From Octopus vulgaris (Eukaryota): a stretch of DNA of 64,000 nt. Positions 1-12,500 of this stretch are shown piece by piece. The notes under the pieces were generated by a model. The model was not told the origin of the DNA. It saw only the letters and a list, made by a program, of their open reading frames with translations, and made no database searches. The DNA is taken from NCBI GenBank assembly GCA_951406725.2, contig OX597824.1:67084001-67148000 (forward strand). Reading direction: 5' to 3'. The stretch's first letter is position 1. Each line of letters begins with the position of its first letter. A program made the translations under genes and the position numbers.

Positions 1-1
1 A

Positions 2-242
2 GATGCAATGCCAATAGTAATTGGTGCACTTGGAAGTATCAACACTCAACTACCAACATGGCTGAAAAAGGGCAGTGAACGCGTGACGGTAGAACACCTA
101 CAAAAATCAGCATTGCTTGGAACTGCTAGAATTCTCCACAGGGTTCTTGAAGCATAGCCAGTAAACAAGTGTCACCTTAGTCTGCTGGCTGTGAATAGGT
201 GACATTTTCCATCATACCCAGCAAAATAAGCTGTGAGTTTTC

Positions 243-245
<3 letters not shown>
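2..245 (+). mobile_element. 3' end of an R4/Dong-clade (restriction-like endonuclease) non-LTR retrotransposon
   Basis: Frame from nt 2 reads DAMPIVIGALGSINTQLPTWLKKGSERVTVEHLQKSALLGTARILHRVLEA* (stop 155-157). PIVIGALG...LQKxxLLGTARIL is the typical R4/Dong C-terminus. A short 3' UTR runs into (TAA)n at ~247-296, the known Dong target/tail. Confidence 0.85.
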
Positions 246-296
<51 letters not shown>

Positions 297-297
<1 letters not shown>

Positions 298-852
298 TGC
301 CCTGATGCAGTACCAGGCAGTGGCTCTCATGGCTTCTGATCTTAACTGATTGGAAGTGTTATCATGTACATTGTTTTATCTTGGTATAAAAGATGGGCTA
401 CAGCAAATATTCTGCTCAATACCACAGATTTGCTTGTCAGTTGTTTGACCTTAACCAGTTGAGCATGCCCCTTAGTGGCTGACGATATGTGCATCTCTGA
501 TCATGAGCAGAAGTAGTGGGGGAGCATCATAGCCATGTGTTGAGAGGGATTCTTTGGGGTTTGAATAATTCACCCCTGGAAACATGAGTGTTTTGTTCAA
601 CATCCTTAAACAACCCTTATTCAGGGACCTTTTGAGTGGGATGGACTACTCGACCAGAAGAAAATTCTACCTGGGCCCCACCTGCAAGGTCATGTGCTGT
701 TTATCTTGATATGAGATCACTATGTCGCGCACATATGGTTGTGATGCATGTGCCTAGTGTACCCTTATCAGACGGGTAGTCATGATGGGTATACTGGGCT
801 TCGTATATTTTACCCCAGCGTCATTTTGATGGCATGCACTGCTCTCTCACTC
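297..852. mobile_element. ~555 bp non-coding insert bounded on both sides by (TAA)n; probable TAA-targeted non-autonomous retroelement
   Basis: Complex-sequence block with sharp borders between (TAA)n at 247-296 and (TAA/CAA)n at 853-930. No convincing ORF. Confidence 0.45.
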
Positions 853-1342
853 AATAATAATAATAATAATAACAATAATAATAATAACAGCAACAACAAC
901 AACAATGATAATAATAATAATAATAATAAATGACTAATGAATGTTTAATGAATGATAAAAAGGAAGTATTAGTATATCAGCTGACAGATTTATCTCATTC
1001 AAAAAACAAAAAGTCAGCTCGTGACAAGATGTATTTTATGAATATGTCTTTTGGCATATCTGTACTCAGAGTGTGACAGTAACTTAACAGAGATTCTTAA
1101 ATCTACAATATGACAGCAACAACAACAATGGAGTATTTTAATACTTTCTCAAAGGAAGAGCAACAGCACGCAGTTTAAATATTGGAGAGAGAGAGAAAGA
1201 GAGAAGCAAGCAGGTTGACATGCAGATAAACAGAGAGTAATAGAATGAATGTTCAAGAGAGAGAGAGAGGAAACTAGAGACTCCCAAAGAGAGTGTAAGG
1301 GAGTAATAAGTGTAAGAGACTGGGGAATACAGTATTTGTGTG

Positions 1343-1373
<31 letters not shown>

Positions 1374-1527
1374 AATAAAGAAAGAAAGGAAGAAAGAAAG
1401 AGAGAGAGAGAGAGAGAGTGTGTGTGTGTGTGTAAAATGTAGAGATAAAGATAGTGTGGCTAAAGAAATATAGGAATTACTGAAAGAGAATGTAAAGTAA
1501 GAATAGGTCTGAATGGGTGGGGAACAG

Positions 1528-1570
<43 letters not shown>

Positions 1571-1571
<1 letters not shown>

Positions 1572-1961
1572 TAGCAGTATCGCCCAGCGTTGCTCGGGTT
1601 TGTTTCGACCCGCTGGAATTGGAATTTTTGAAAAGTAAAAATTTTGCATTATGTAGCTTGTTATTCTCTTCAAGTGAACATTTTTCTGGTTGAAATACAC
1701 CGAAAAGTGGCGACACAGCAGTGAAAAAATCGTAAAAAATAGGGATTTTCAGAGAAAAAAACACCTTTTTGATATAAATAATTTTTGGTGTTAACATGGT
1801 CCGATTTGAATTTTATCTTCCATGGAAGGAAGAGCAACCCTTCTTCTATCATACTCTCAATATTGGTCAACTTGCGCTGCAGGGTCTCGGAGGAGATAGT
1901 GTTAGTTGAAGGCTACCAAACCTGCCGCACACAGACAACTTCAGCTTTATATAGAGAGAGA
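1571..1961 (-). mobile_element. Non-autonomous Helitron (~390 bp)
   Basis: On the minus strand it starts 5'-TCTCTCTCTATATAAAG and ends with an imperfect GC-rich hairpin (CCCGAGCAACGCTGGG) followed by CTAG-3'. Inserted between A (1962) and T (1570) with no TSD. Confidence 0.8.
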
Positions 1962-1981
1962 TAACACACATACATTAATAC

Positions 1982-2012
<31 letters not shown>

Positions 2013-2120
2013 CATGTATGTATGTATGGATGTATGTATGTATATATGTACATCTGTCCACTTCTTGCCATATTTTTATCCTTCACTTCCTACACACACA
2101 CACACACTCACACACACTCG

Positions 2121-2151
<31 letters not shown>

Positions 2152-2834
2152 GCACGCACACACCTTCTTAGCTTACAATTTCTTTCTTTCAACAATTGAC
2201 AACTGAAGTACGCTTGCCAATGAATACTACCAAAAGTTAGCGACAGATCTCTGTTTCCTTTTTTTTTTTTGAGGATTGGTTTACGCATTAATAAGAGAAA
2301 GTAGTAGAATGTGTGATCTGTAGGAGAAAGTGTGGTAATAGCAGGAGTAAAGCATTTGAAATGAGAGAGGCAAATCGTAAAATATTGAGTTTTCTCGAAT
2401 TTTTACTGAATTGGGGGTGAAATTGAAAAAAATGTATATGCCATGACCCAATCGAATCTACTTCGAAAAATCATAGGTAAATTCCAATTGAAGAAATTCT
2501 ATATTGTACAATTGTATTAAAAACAAACTATGTGGGAGGCAGAGAAAATCTGCCTTTTATCATAAGAGATATATATATATATATAGACAGAGAAAGTAGT
2601 AAAAGGGTAGAAGAGAGATGAAGGAATAAGATATATGGTTTTTTATCTTTTACTTGCAGGATTTAGTCAAACAAATTGTGCCCCACCACCACTTATTTTT
2701 AGATCTGGTACTTATTATATCACTGTCTTTTGCTGAACCACTAAGCTACAGGAACGTAAACAAACCAACACCAGTTGTCAAGCAGTAGGTGGGTTGGGAT
2801 ATATGCAATCACATACACATACATACATACATTT

Positions 2835-3145
2835 TATTTGTTTATTTATGCACCTTTTCAAGCCTAGCCAGGCTCATGGGCCCGGTTTCCCGGATTCTAT
2901 GGCATATGTATTTCCCCCAGCTGGATGGGATGCCAGTCCATCGCAGCATTACTCAAGAAACAGGAAGAAAGAGTGAGAGAAAGTTGGGGCGAAAGAATAC
3001 AACAGGGGTCGCCACCACCCTCTGCCAGAGCCTCATGGAGCTTTTAGGTATTTTCGCTCAATAAACACACACAATGACTGGTCTGGGAATCAAAACTGCG
3101 ATCCCCCGACCGCGAGTCCTAACCACTGGGCCATTGTGCCTCCAC
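2835..3145 (-). mobile_element. tRNA-derived SINE
   Basis: Minus strand head GTGGAGGCACAATGGCCCAGTGGTTAGG (A-box-like) with a degenerate B box, and body motif GCGATGGACTGGCATCCCATCCAG. Borders approximate. Confidence 0.65.
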
Positions 3146-3171
3146 ACATACATACATGCAGATATATACAT

Positions 3172-3498
3172 AAAGACCCCCTTCGGTCATGAATGACAAT
3201 GGTATTGTACTTAAAATGTTCACCTCTGAGGCACAGGTCTGGGCAAGGTTGTTTGTGGAAGACCAGCAGTTGCTAATGCATACCAACCTTCCCTCTCCAT
3301 GCCACTAATGTTATCCAAGGGAAAGACAAAGGTCGATACAGCTTGGCACCAGTGACATTGTTGCAACTCATTTCTACAGCTGAGTGAACTGGAGCAATGT
3401 GAAATAAAGAACACAACATGCAGCCCAGTCCGGGAATCAAATTCAGCACCTCGTGATTGTGAGCCCAAAGCTCTAACCACTGAGCCATGTGCCTTTAC
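3172..3498 (-). mobile_element. tRNA-derived SINE (family also at 25828-26162 + and ~41430-41768 -)
   Basis: Head TGGCTCAGTGGTTAGAGC; full-length similarity to the two other copies in this window. Confidence 0.8.
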
Positions 3499-3509
3499 CC
3501 ATACATACA

Positions 3510-3727
3510 AATGCCAGTGACACATAAACACACCCTGGTGTCATGCAAATGGCACCCATGCTGGTGGCATGTAAAAGCACCCATTACATTCTCGGAGTGG
3601 TTGGCATTAGGAAGGGTATCCAGCCATAGAAAACCATGCCAAATCAGACTGGAATCTGGTGCAGCCTTCTAGCATGCCAGCCCAGTCAAACCGTCCAACC
3701 TATGCCAGCATGGACAACACATGTTAA

Positions 3728-3761
<34 letters not shown>

Positions 3762-3762
3762 C
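3510..3762 (+). mobile_element. 5'-truncated RTE LINE 3' end with (GAT)n tail
   Basis: Matches the 3' UTR of the full RTE at 34439-38675 (GAGTGGTTGGCATTAGGAAGGGYATCCAGC...GCATGGA...GATGATGAT). Confidence 0.8.
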
Positions 3763-4610
3763 ATACATACATACAGTCTAGTGGTGGTCTGCTCTTAAGT
3801 AGTACCCTCCCTTGCTGCTATTAAGTAGTCCTGGCCACCATGATGAGGTTTGGGTTGAATACTGGAGTGGTTTCCCAGGGAGGTGGGATTTGAACTCAGA
3901 ATGTAGAAAGCCAGAAGAATCCCTGCTGATGCACCAAAGATTCTGCCACCTACAGCGCAATGAGAAATGAAGTGTTTTGCTCAGAAACAAAACATGTCAG
4001 TCTGGGAATTGAACCCTGATCTAGCAATCGTGTGTGCAACACCCTAACTTCTAGGTCATGTGCCTTCACCCCACACACACACATACATAACAAGCTTCCA
4101 CACAGTTTCTGCCAACCAAATTCACTCACAAGGCATTGGTCAGTCTGGGCTATAGCAGAGGACACCTGCCTACAATGCCACATAGCGGAACTGAACTCAA
4201 AACCACATAGTTACACAGCAAGCCTCTTTACCACAAAGCCAATACTTTATTTATAAATGTGTAACAAGAAATAGAAATCAACTGCTGTACTGGTGTTGAT
4301 GAAAGAATGATGTATCTTATACATTTTCATTGTTAATCCCACTACGATTCTCTGTGAGAGGTTTGTGAGTAGGGCATAAGTTCCCAAGCAAAACAATGCA
4401 CTGGAGCCTATAGTATTTAAAGAGGAATACAGTTATTGACTGGGACCTATAGTATTTAGTATTTAGTTACATCAAGTCACAATATATATATAGATTAGTA
4501 TTGAGACCCTAGACCTGTGATCCCACCAGACAACTTCCCAGTATGTTATGCCTTAAGATGGTACTATTTGTGGGTAGATATTTGGAATTGAAAGGAAGAA
4601 TGTATGGATC

Positions 4611-4691
<81 letters not shown>

Positions 4692-5395
4692 CATATATAT
4701 ATATAAATGTGTCTTTTAAGAATTTTTGGTGTTGTGCATAGGAAAGTGATGAATCTGTGTAGTGCTGATTTGGCTGAGCTTTTGTTAAGCTTTAGAATTG
4801 TTATTACAAAATTCTCTCAGGCACTAAGTATTAAGATATATTTATGATTTTATGATATTCCTGAGACATTCTTTAAAGTATTTTTTAACGGAATTATATT
4901 TTGGTGATGTGTGAGTTATGATGGTGATATTTAAGGGTCTCGCAATGAAAATAGTTACAAGAATGTTAGACATGCAATGAGATTAAGATAGTTATATGGA
5001 ACAGAATGTGATGTAAAGAGAAAAGTTAATGTAATTAGCTTGGTGAGACAAGTATCCATTGTTAAATATGTAAAATTAGTTTGGTTATAAAACTATGGTG
5101 TCACCGCTTTTGTTATCAGCTTTGTTTTTCTACCAAGATGTGTTTGTGCATTGAACTCTCTGCTAAATATGGAAAAGAATTTGGGTGGTGGTGTGATGTG
5201 GCTGGGATAAGGTTGTGTAATTAGATAATTAGGTTGAATAATTGGGAAAATTTGTGATGACATCTATGTATTTGTTTATTACTTCAAATCAAACATAGTG
5301 TGTTTGGGATAAAATATTTAACAATGCATGCTGTAATATAATGTTAAGCTCTTAACTCATATTGTGGGAGATTGCTGACTGTTCAACTGGTACAC

Positions 5396-5650
5396 ACTGC
5401 ATTATAGTGCAGATTGTCCAACTGATATTCATTGCGTTATAGTGCAGATTACCCAAATGATGCAATCTGCATTAGAATGCAGACTACCCAAGTTATGTAC
5501 AATGCATTGCAGTGCAGTTTATCTCATCTGATATATGCTGTCTTACAGTGCAAAATATTTAAGTGATACACATTGCATTGAAGTGCAGACTGTCTGACTG
5601 GTCCATGTTCTGCTGCAATGCAGAATATCAGTCTCGTTCATGCATTATAA
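5396..5650. repeat. Degenerate 35-bp tandem array (7-8 units) with palindromic core CTGCA-N6-TGCAG
   Basis: Units start at 5396, 5431, 5466, 5501, 5537, 5572 and 5607. The TGCATTnnAGTGCAGA half is conserved; the other half is variable. Confidence 0.8.
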
Positions 5651-6929
5651 ACTTGCAAACACTTTCTGTCATAATTAAACACAGTGAAACAAGATCGTAT
5701 TGAGTATTGTACTTTCAAATTCAAAAGCTATGGAGGAAAACTGAAGACATAATGGAAGTTTTTAACATAATGAAACAAAATTAAATTATCATACTTCCAA
5801 CGACCTCAAAATCAAAGATAATTGAAATCTTTTGCAAAAGAAACAATGTTATGAAAATCTATGAATTTCTGCATTGAAATAGAAATATAGTCTACCAACA
5901 TTATTATGGATCTCCAAATCCCCAGAAACAGCTGTTGGACTTATAAAACCTTTCTTCCACCCCTTTAATTTTCTCAGTCGTTTGTACTCTGTGTAAGTTG
6001 GACCTATTAATATAAATATCTATATATTCATACTTTAAAATTCATCAACTGAAAGTCTCCACCTTTTGCTTTCTCTCATTTTGCATGTATACATATATAC
6101 GTATTTTGTATTCATACCCAAACTAATTATATTTAATAGGTCTAATATATTTAAAATAGAAATAAGAACATTTATAAAATGTGGAATTTCCACAGGGTCT
6201 CAGCATCAATTTTGTAGGGATAGACATATTCTTCAGTAAAGTAATAGTTCTGAAGGCTAGGGAGAGAGAAAGAGATGAAACACGAAGATGACTCAATGGT
6301 ACTTGAACTTAAAATAGAAAAGGGGTAGATCATATGTTGTTGTGTATTTAACTGTACATTTTTCAACAGCATTATGAGACATCAGACCTGGGGTCAGAAA
6401 TCGATAAACCAGTGATGTGTCTTCTGTGGGCAATTTTTAGAATCTTTTTTCCAAATTTAATGCATTTGTAAAATTGAGCTTTTGATGACTTTCAGATAGT
6501 CTTTTATGTCGTGATTTGTTTAATTTTTGCTGACATAAATGTTGTCAGTGATGGCAATGGTGGTGGTGGTGGTGGTTGGTGTTATGTGTACATATTTGTG
6601 CATGTGACATATGATATATTATTATACAGGTGGACAATCAGCAAATGTAAATAAAACAAAAGTAAGCAATTACAAAAAAAAAAAAAAATGCTGATTCCTA
6701 CTTTAGATAAATATATCAGTTGTTATCATTTCTTCAATGATGATGATGATGATGTTGATGATGAAACAGCATTACTTGACAGGGACTTAACTTCTTGGTG
6801 AGAGGCAAAGACATCTTCAGCAGAAGTATAGGGGCACAAGTAAATACTAGAAGGTATTTTGTCTAATGCTCTATTGATTCCACTAAATCACTGATGTGAT
6901 GATAATGATGATGGTGATGATAATAATAA

Positions 6930-7300
6930 GAATCCTTTCTACAACAGGCACAAGGCCTGAAATTTTGGGGGAGGGGACTAGTCGATTACATCGACCCCCA
7001 GTACTCAACTAGTACTTAATTTATCAACCCCAAAAGGATGAAAGGAAAAGTTGACCTTGGCGGAATTTGAACACAGAACACAAAGATGGATGAAATGCTG
7101 CTAAGCATTTTGCCAGCTCACTGCCTTGATAATAATTCTTTCTACTACAGGTAGAAGGCCTGAAATTTCTAAGCAGGAAGGGGAGTAGTTGATTACATCA
7201 ACTGCAATATCTGATTGGTACTTTATTTTATCAACCATAAAAGGATAAAAGACAAAGTTTATCTTAGTGGAATTTAAACTCAGAACGTTAAGAATCAGAA
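6930..7300 (-). mobile_element. Two adjacent SINE copies (family with GCCTTTCATCCTTTCGGGGTCGATAAA body)
   Basis: Reverse complement of the copy at 27319-27552. B-box-like GAGTTCAAATTCC and shared body. Confidence 0.75.
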
Positions 7301-7553
7301 CAAATAATGACTCTCAGGTGATTTTACCATTCCACTAATTTTAATAATGTAATAATATTTTAAGTAAAACAACTAGGTCAGTAATTTGGGAAAGGAGATA
7401 ATCAATTAAATCAATCTCAGTATTTGACTGATACACCATGTTATCAACCCTGGTTATCAACCAGGGGAAAAAATAAAGGGTTCTGTTGATTTAGGCATGA
7501 TTTGAACTCAGAATGTAAAAGACATAACTAAATATAGCAAATATTTCAACATA

Positions 7554-7680
7554 CAGTGATCCCTTGTTTATCGCGGTAGATTGGTTCCGAGACCGGCTGT
7601 GATAACTGAATTTCCGCGAAGTAGGGATACCATATTTACAGTATTTATTTAATGTGTATTTGGACTTTTAAAACCCTCCT
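7554..7680. mobile_element. Truncated pogo/Tigger-like DNA transposon end
   Basis: TA followed by CAGTGATCCCTTGTTTATCGCGG, a Tigger-type TIR. No partner TIR found. Confidence 0.55.
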
Positions 7681-9106
7681 TGGGAGGGAGCCTCTACATG
7701 GTCATTGAACACACTAAAAGCAGCAGCCAATTTTCCGTCAAATTATACATCTTACCATTTAATAAAGAAAAGACATGTTGGATAAGTGTAGTCCTACATG
7801 AACTGTCTGAGAAAAAACAGGAAGGCTATTGTTGAAATGTTCTTAATTGCAGGTTTCTTCAATTAAGCTTGACCTAGGGTTAAACAACATCAACAATTTA
7901 TATGATGGCAAGTCATATAAAAAGTATATTTATGTATGTGCATGTACATGCATGTATTTGTTTGTACACATGTGCATATGTATGTACATATGTATGTATG
8001 TATGTATGTGTACATGCTTGTTTTTATGTGTGCGTACGTATTAAATGGATTGTTGCATTGTTTGTCAAACAGAAACATATATAGAATATATAATACACTC
8101 ATATAACACACACACACAGTCACTCATTTATTTGTTCACAAGCATATGCACACACATGTACACCTACAGTTAACAGCAAGACAAATACATATATACCTTC
8201 ACGCATGACATACATTCACACACAGAAAATTCAACCATGCAGTCACAAGCCTATAACTCTCTCTCTCTCTCGCTAACATTCATTTTCATAGCCAACAGAC
8301 AGACAAAAATATATTTGATATACACACATACACACAATCAATAGTTAAATAAACACGAGTACACACACACACCCACAATACTGTATATTTGCGTTCACTC
8401 ATTGAAAATCAAGCAAATATCTAACAATCTCTCATTATTAGGTATGTCACACAAACACACATGCACTATATACACATAAACACACACACATGCATGCACA
8501 CGCACATTCACACACACATCTTACACCACATACACACATCCACCATAACACTCCTATACCCACACATCCCACATAAACACACTATCAAGCACACACACCA
8601 TAACAGCAATGCATACATATACATATGCACACTATACATTCCTCAGAGACCCACGACCAAATATACATACAATACACATACATATGCTATACACTCCTCT
8701 TACTCTCTCACACGCTCATTCATCAAACACTTACCCATGCACACACACACACATACACTGTGAAGTGCATCACATTATCACACACACACCATACACTTTA
8801 CACATACATCATACAACTTCACACACACACAAACACCTCACATACAGCATATAACTCCACATACGTGCACACACACACACACACCATGTAACCTTTGCAT
8901 ACTAATACACATGCACAGGCATCATACACAACCCACACTTTTATACACACACATACATATATAACGCCCACACCCCCACACAAACATACATACATACATA
9001 CAAAGCCATATCTCTCCCACTATTCACACAAATAGTTTTTTTTTAACCCTTATATTTTGCTGTATGTTCCTTACATTAACTTTCCAAGTTTGCAAAAGAT
9101 TCTTAC

Positions 9107-9158
9107 TGTTCCTCCAGACATAAACCCCTGGTGGTAATTATGTAGAGGTGGTATGCTT
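9107..9158 (-). CDS. Putative second coding exon of an unidentified minus-strand gene: (T)SIPPLHNYHQGFMSGGT
   Basis: Polypyrimidine tract plus TTTCCAG acceptor and ACA|GTAAGA donor. The 52 nt are open in the phase-2 frame required by the exon at 12603-12619; the phase-0 frame hits a stop. Confidence 0.6.
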
Positions 9159-9289
9159 CTGGAAACATGGGATTGGAATAGGATAGGGAAAAAAGTACCA
9201 ATAAAAGAAGATGGGGCTGGGTTGAGATTCTGTGAGAAATTTTATCAAGAAATGCAAAATTTTTTTCAAGCTTTATCCCTGAATGGGAA

Positions 9290-9900
9290 TTCTTTTACTT
9301 GTTTCAGTCATTTGATTGCAGCCATGCTGGAGCACCGCGTTTAGTCAAACAAATCGACCCCAGGACTTATTCTTTTTAACCCTTTCATTACCAACCCGGC
9401 TGAAACCGGCTCTGGCTCTGAGTACAAATGTCTTGTTTTCAAAAGTTCTGAATTGAAATCTTCCACCAAACCTTAGTTGCAATTTATGTTCCTAACACAA
9501 GCTTAATGATAACTAAGTTATTTTTCTAAATTCTTTGTTATATTTAAAAGTAATTGAAAGAAACACAGAGCATCTCAAAATAAATACAGTAACGAAAGGG
9601 TTAAGCCTAGTACTTATTCTATTGATCTCTTTTGCCAAACTGCTAAGTTATGGGGGATGTAAACATACCAACATCAGGTGTCAAGTGATGGAGGGAGGAC
9701 AAATACAGACACACATATATGTATATATATATATATGACGGGCTTCTTTCAGTTTCTGTCTACCAAATCTACTCACAAGGCTTTGGTTGGCCCAAAGCTA
9801 TAGCAGAAGACACTTGCCCAAGGTGCCATGCAGTGAGACTGAACCTGGAATCATGTGGTTGGAAAGCAAGCTTTTTACCACATGGCTGTTTCTGTGTCTA
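9290..9900 (-). mobile_element. tRNA-derived SINE (most abundant family here), interrupted by a piggyBac MITE
   Basis: Shared blocks GGCACCTTGGGCAAGTGTCTTC, GGTAGACRGAAACTGAAAGAAGCCC and GCTCCAGCATGGCYGCA. Other copies at ~10645-11555, 14870-15045, 22150-22530, 29275-29480, 31330-31880, 39615-39990 and 62620-62780. Confidence 0.8.
9380..9600. mobile_element. piggyBac-type MITE
   Basis: TTAA TSD (9376-9379, 9601-9604) and TIRs CCCTTTCATTAC / GTAACGAAAGGG. Removing it restores the host SINE. A degenerate relative lies at ~50820-51000. Confidence 0.9.
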
Positions 9901-10034
9901 GTTTTCAAAAGCTTCTTACTTGTTAGCCTTTAATGTTTTACTTGTTTCAGTCACTGGACTGTGGCCATGCTGGGGCACAACCTTGATGCATTTGGTTTAT
10001 CAAACAAACTCCTAGTATGTATGCATATTTAATT

Positions 10035-10270
10035 CTTTATTGCCCACAGGGGGCTAAACATAGAGGGGACAAACAAGGACAGACAAAGGGACTAAGTTGA
10101 TTACATCGACCCCAGTGCGTAACTGGTACTTATTTAATCAACCCCGAAAGGATGAAAGGCAAAAGGCAAAATTAACCTTGGTGGAATTTGAACTCAGAAT
10201 GTAGCGGCAAACGAAATACCGTTAAGCATTTCGCCCGGCATGCTAACGATTCTACTAGCTCACTGCCTTG
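10035..10270 (-). mobile_element. SINE copy (same family as 27319-27552)
   Basis: Near full-length reverse complement match to 27319-27552. Confidence 0.8.
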
Positions 10271-10727
10271 TATGTATGTATGCATATTGATTTTTTTTAA
10301 AATTTTTACTGAACTTCTAGACAAAAGCAAATAAGAAATAGCACTTACTGACCAAAGACAATAAATAAATAAAAATTTTGTTATACGGTATAGTAGATGA
10401 CATTTGCTGAAGGTGCTATGCTGCAGGATTGAACTTGAAACCCTGTGCTTGCAATGCAATTTTCTTTATCATATATCCATGACTACATCTATATCCAAGC
10501 ATTTTTTTTTTCATATTCCAGAAAATTTTTGGCCTTAGGTATGATGTCTCTTCCCCTACACCACTTTCTAATAGGTCATGACATAGGACAAAGAGGCAAC
10601 ATAACAACTCATGCAGTCCCCTAAAATGTATTCATTGTATCTTTTCTTTTACTCATTTCAGGAGTTAGACTGTAGCTATGCAAGGGCACCACCTTGAAGG
10701 ATCTGGTTAAATAAATCAACCCTAGTA

Positions 10728-11239
10728 CCATAAATCCTCAAGTATAATCCACATTTTTTCCCAAAAATTTAAAGGTCAAAATCCCTAGTGCATATTATAC
10801 ACGAGGTCAAAAATGAAAATTATTTTCTAAGCAATGTTCAAGTCTCTATTTGCTGTCTGGCAATGTTTATTCAGACGCATTTTGCAATGTTGGGCGCGAA
10901 AATACCTTAAGCTAAGCCAGAAAGCAATGAAGTCATAAAAGAATCATTCATAACTTGCAGTAAGCAACATTTATTAAACGTTATTACTGTTATTTCTTTA
11001 TTTCCTGTAAACAAAATGCACAAAAATGCTACACGTTTGCATTATGTTATATATACAATAATAATAAAGGACGTTACCGTATACATTTTTACAAACCAAG
11101 GACGTTATATAGACCTCCTTGGCTCAAGTTAGAGAAGGGGTGCGTATTATAGACAAGGTTTAGGTATTTCAGAGGTACAGCCCCCTAAAAATTCCCTGCG
11201 TATTATACTCAAGGGCGGATTATACTTGAGGATTTACGG
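10728..11239. mobile_element. pogo/Tigger-type MITE nested in a SINE
   Basis: TA TSD and ~25-bp TIRs CCATAAATCCTCAAGTATAATCCAC / GCGGATTATACTTGAGGATTTACGG, with subterminal TGCRTATTATA repeats. The empty site CCTAGTACTTA is continuous SINE sequence. Confidence 0.9.
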
Positions 11240-11566
11240 TACTTATATTTTTAAGCCTGGTATTTCTTCTATTGGTCTTTTTTTTGCCAAACCACTAAGT
11301 TATTGGTATATAAATAAACCAACACTAGTTGTCAAGCAGTGGTGGGGGATAAACACAAATACAATGTCACTCACACACTTACACATATATACTGTGGGTT
11401 TCTTTCAGTTTTCATCAACCAAATCTACTCACAAGGATTTGGTCAGCCTGAGGCTATAGTAGAAGACACTTGCCCAAAGTGCTATGCACTGAGACTGACT
11501 CTAGAACTATGTGGTGGTGAAGCAAACCTCTTATCACACAGTCATGTCTATGCTTATGATAAATGA

Positions 11567-11664
11567 TGCTCCTACAGATGGACTTGAACCAGCAACCCTC
11601 AGATCACTTTTAAGGTTAACTCATAAAATCTGATGCTCTGCTGTATTGACTGAGTTGTGGGTAG
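11567..11664 (-). pseudogene. Decayed tRNA-Lys(TTT)-like gene with a 19-nt intron-like insert
   Basis: Minus strand ACTCAGTCAATACAGCAGAGCATCAGATTTTA[TGAGTTAACCTTAAAAGTG]ATCTGAGGGTTGCTGGTTCAAGTCC aligns with eukaryotic tRNA-Lys(UUU) GCTCAGTCGGTAGAGCATCAGACTTTTAATCTGAGGGTCCAGGGTTCAAGTCC. Acceptor stem and D loop are damaged. Confidence 0.7.
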
Positions 11665-12089
11665 ACATAAGCAGAAAAGGAATCAAAGCTTATATTGCCT
11701 CCATGTTGGACCTTTCCTTTCTTCTTTCACAGGTTGAGGATATAAAGACCCACCATAAAACATTAGGTCTCTCAGAGCCAATATATTGTCAATCAACCTG
11801 CTTGAAATAGCAGCCAAATCTCCTTCAAATCATATCTTACTATCGTACTAAAAAAAAAATAAAGGAAGAAGACTGATTAATGTAAACCTTAAAATAAGAC
11901 CAAATAGTCACAACAGAAACATTTGATTAAAAGCCTGTTCAATCAGAGCCAGCCTAGGGCTAAACAACAATATTTAACCCATTTTAAGTTCAGTCACTAT
12001 ATATAAGCACAAAACACACACACACACACATGCTAAATTAGCTTGAACATTAATAGCAACATCAAAACCAAATTTAAATACTATGTTGG

Positions 12090-12500
12090 GTATCCAGAGC
12101 GGATAACTGACCATAGCGGCTAACTGGCTTCCGTGCTGGTGGCATGTAAAAAGCACCATTCGAGTGTGATCGTTACCAGTGTCACCTTACTGGCATTTGT
12201 GCTGGTGGCATGTGAAAAAACATTTGAGCGAGGTTGATGCCAATGCTGCTGGACTGGCTTCTGTGCAGGTGGCACATAAAAAACACCATTTGAGTGTGGC
12301 TGTTTTACATGCCAGTGGCATGTAAAAGCACCCACTACACTCTCGGAGTGGTTGGCATTAGGAAGGGTAGGTAGCTGTAGAAACTCTGCCAGATCAAGAT
12401 TTGGGCCTGGTGCAGCCATCTGGTTTGCCAGTCCTCAGTCAAATCATCCAGCCCGTGCTAGCATGGAAAGCAGATGTTAAATGATGATGATGATGATGAT
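12090..12500 (+). mobile_element. RTE-related 3' end with internal short repeats and (GAT)n tail
   Basis: Repeated GTGGCATGTAAAAAGCACC units, then the RTE 3' terminal block and (GAT)n. Confidence 0.75.

Noticed and set aside
2200-2569. Second Helitron-like 5' end (minus TCTCTTATGATAAAAGGCAG)
   Set aside because: No 3' hairpin/CTRR terminus found, so the extent cannot be defined.
5396-5650. CRISPR-like appearance of the 35-bp array
   Set aside because: Eukaryotic context, no cas genes, degenerate repeats and mutually similar spacers.
5885-5945. CCCAGAAACAGCTGT shared with the 45136 hammerhead
   Set aside because: The CTGATGA half is not recognisable; at most a dead relative.
6187-6240. Possible minus-strand hammerhead CTGAAGA...GAGA-CCCTG-TG
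   Set aside because: GAAA and the cleavage triplet are altered and stems I/II pair poorly.
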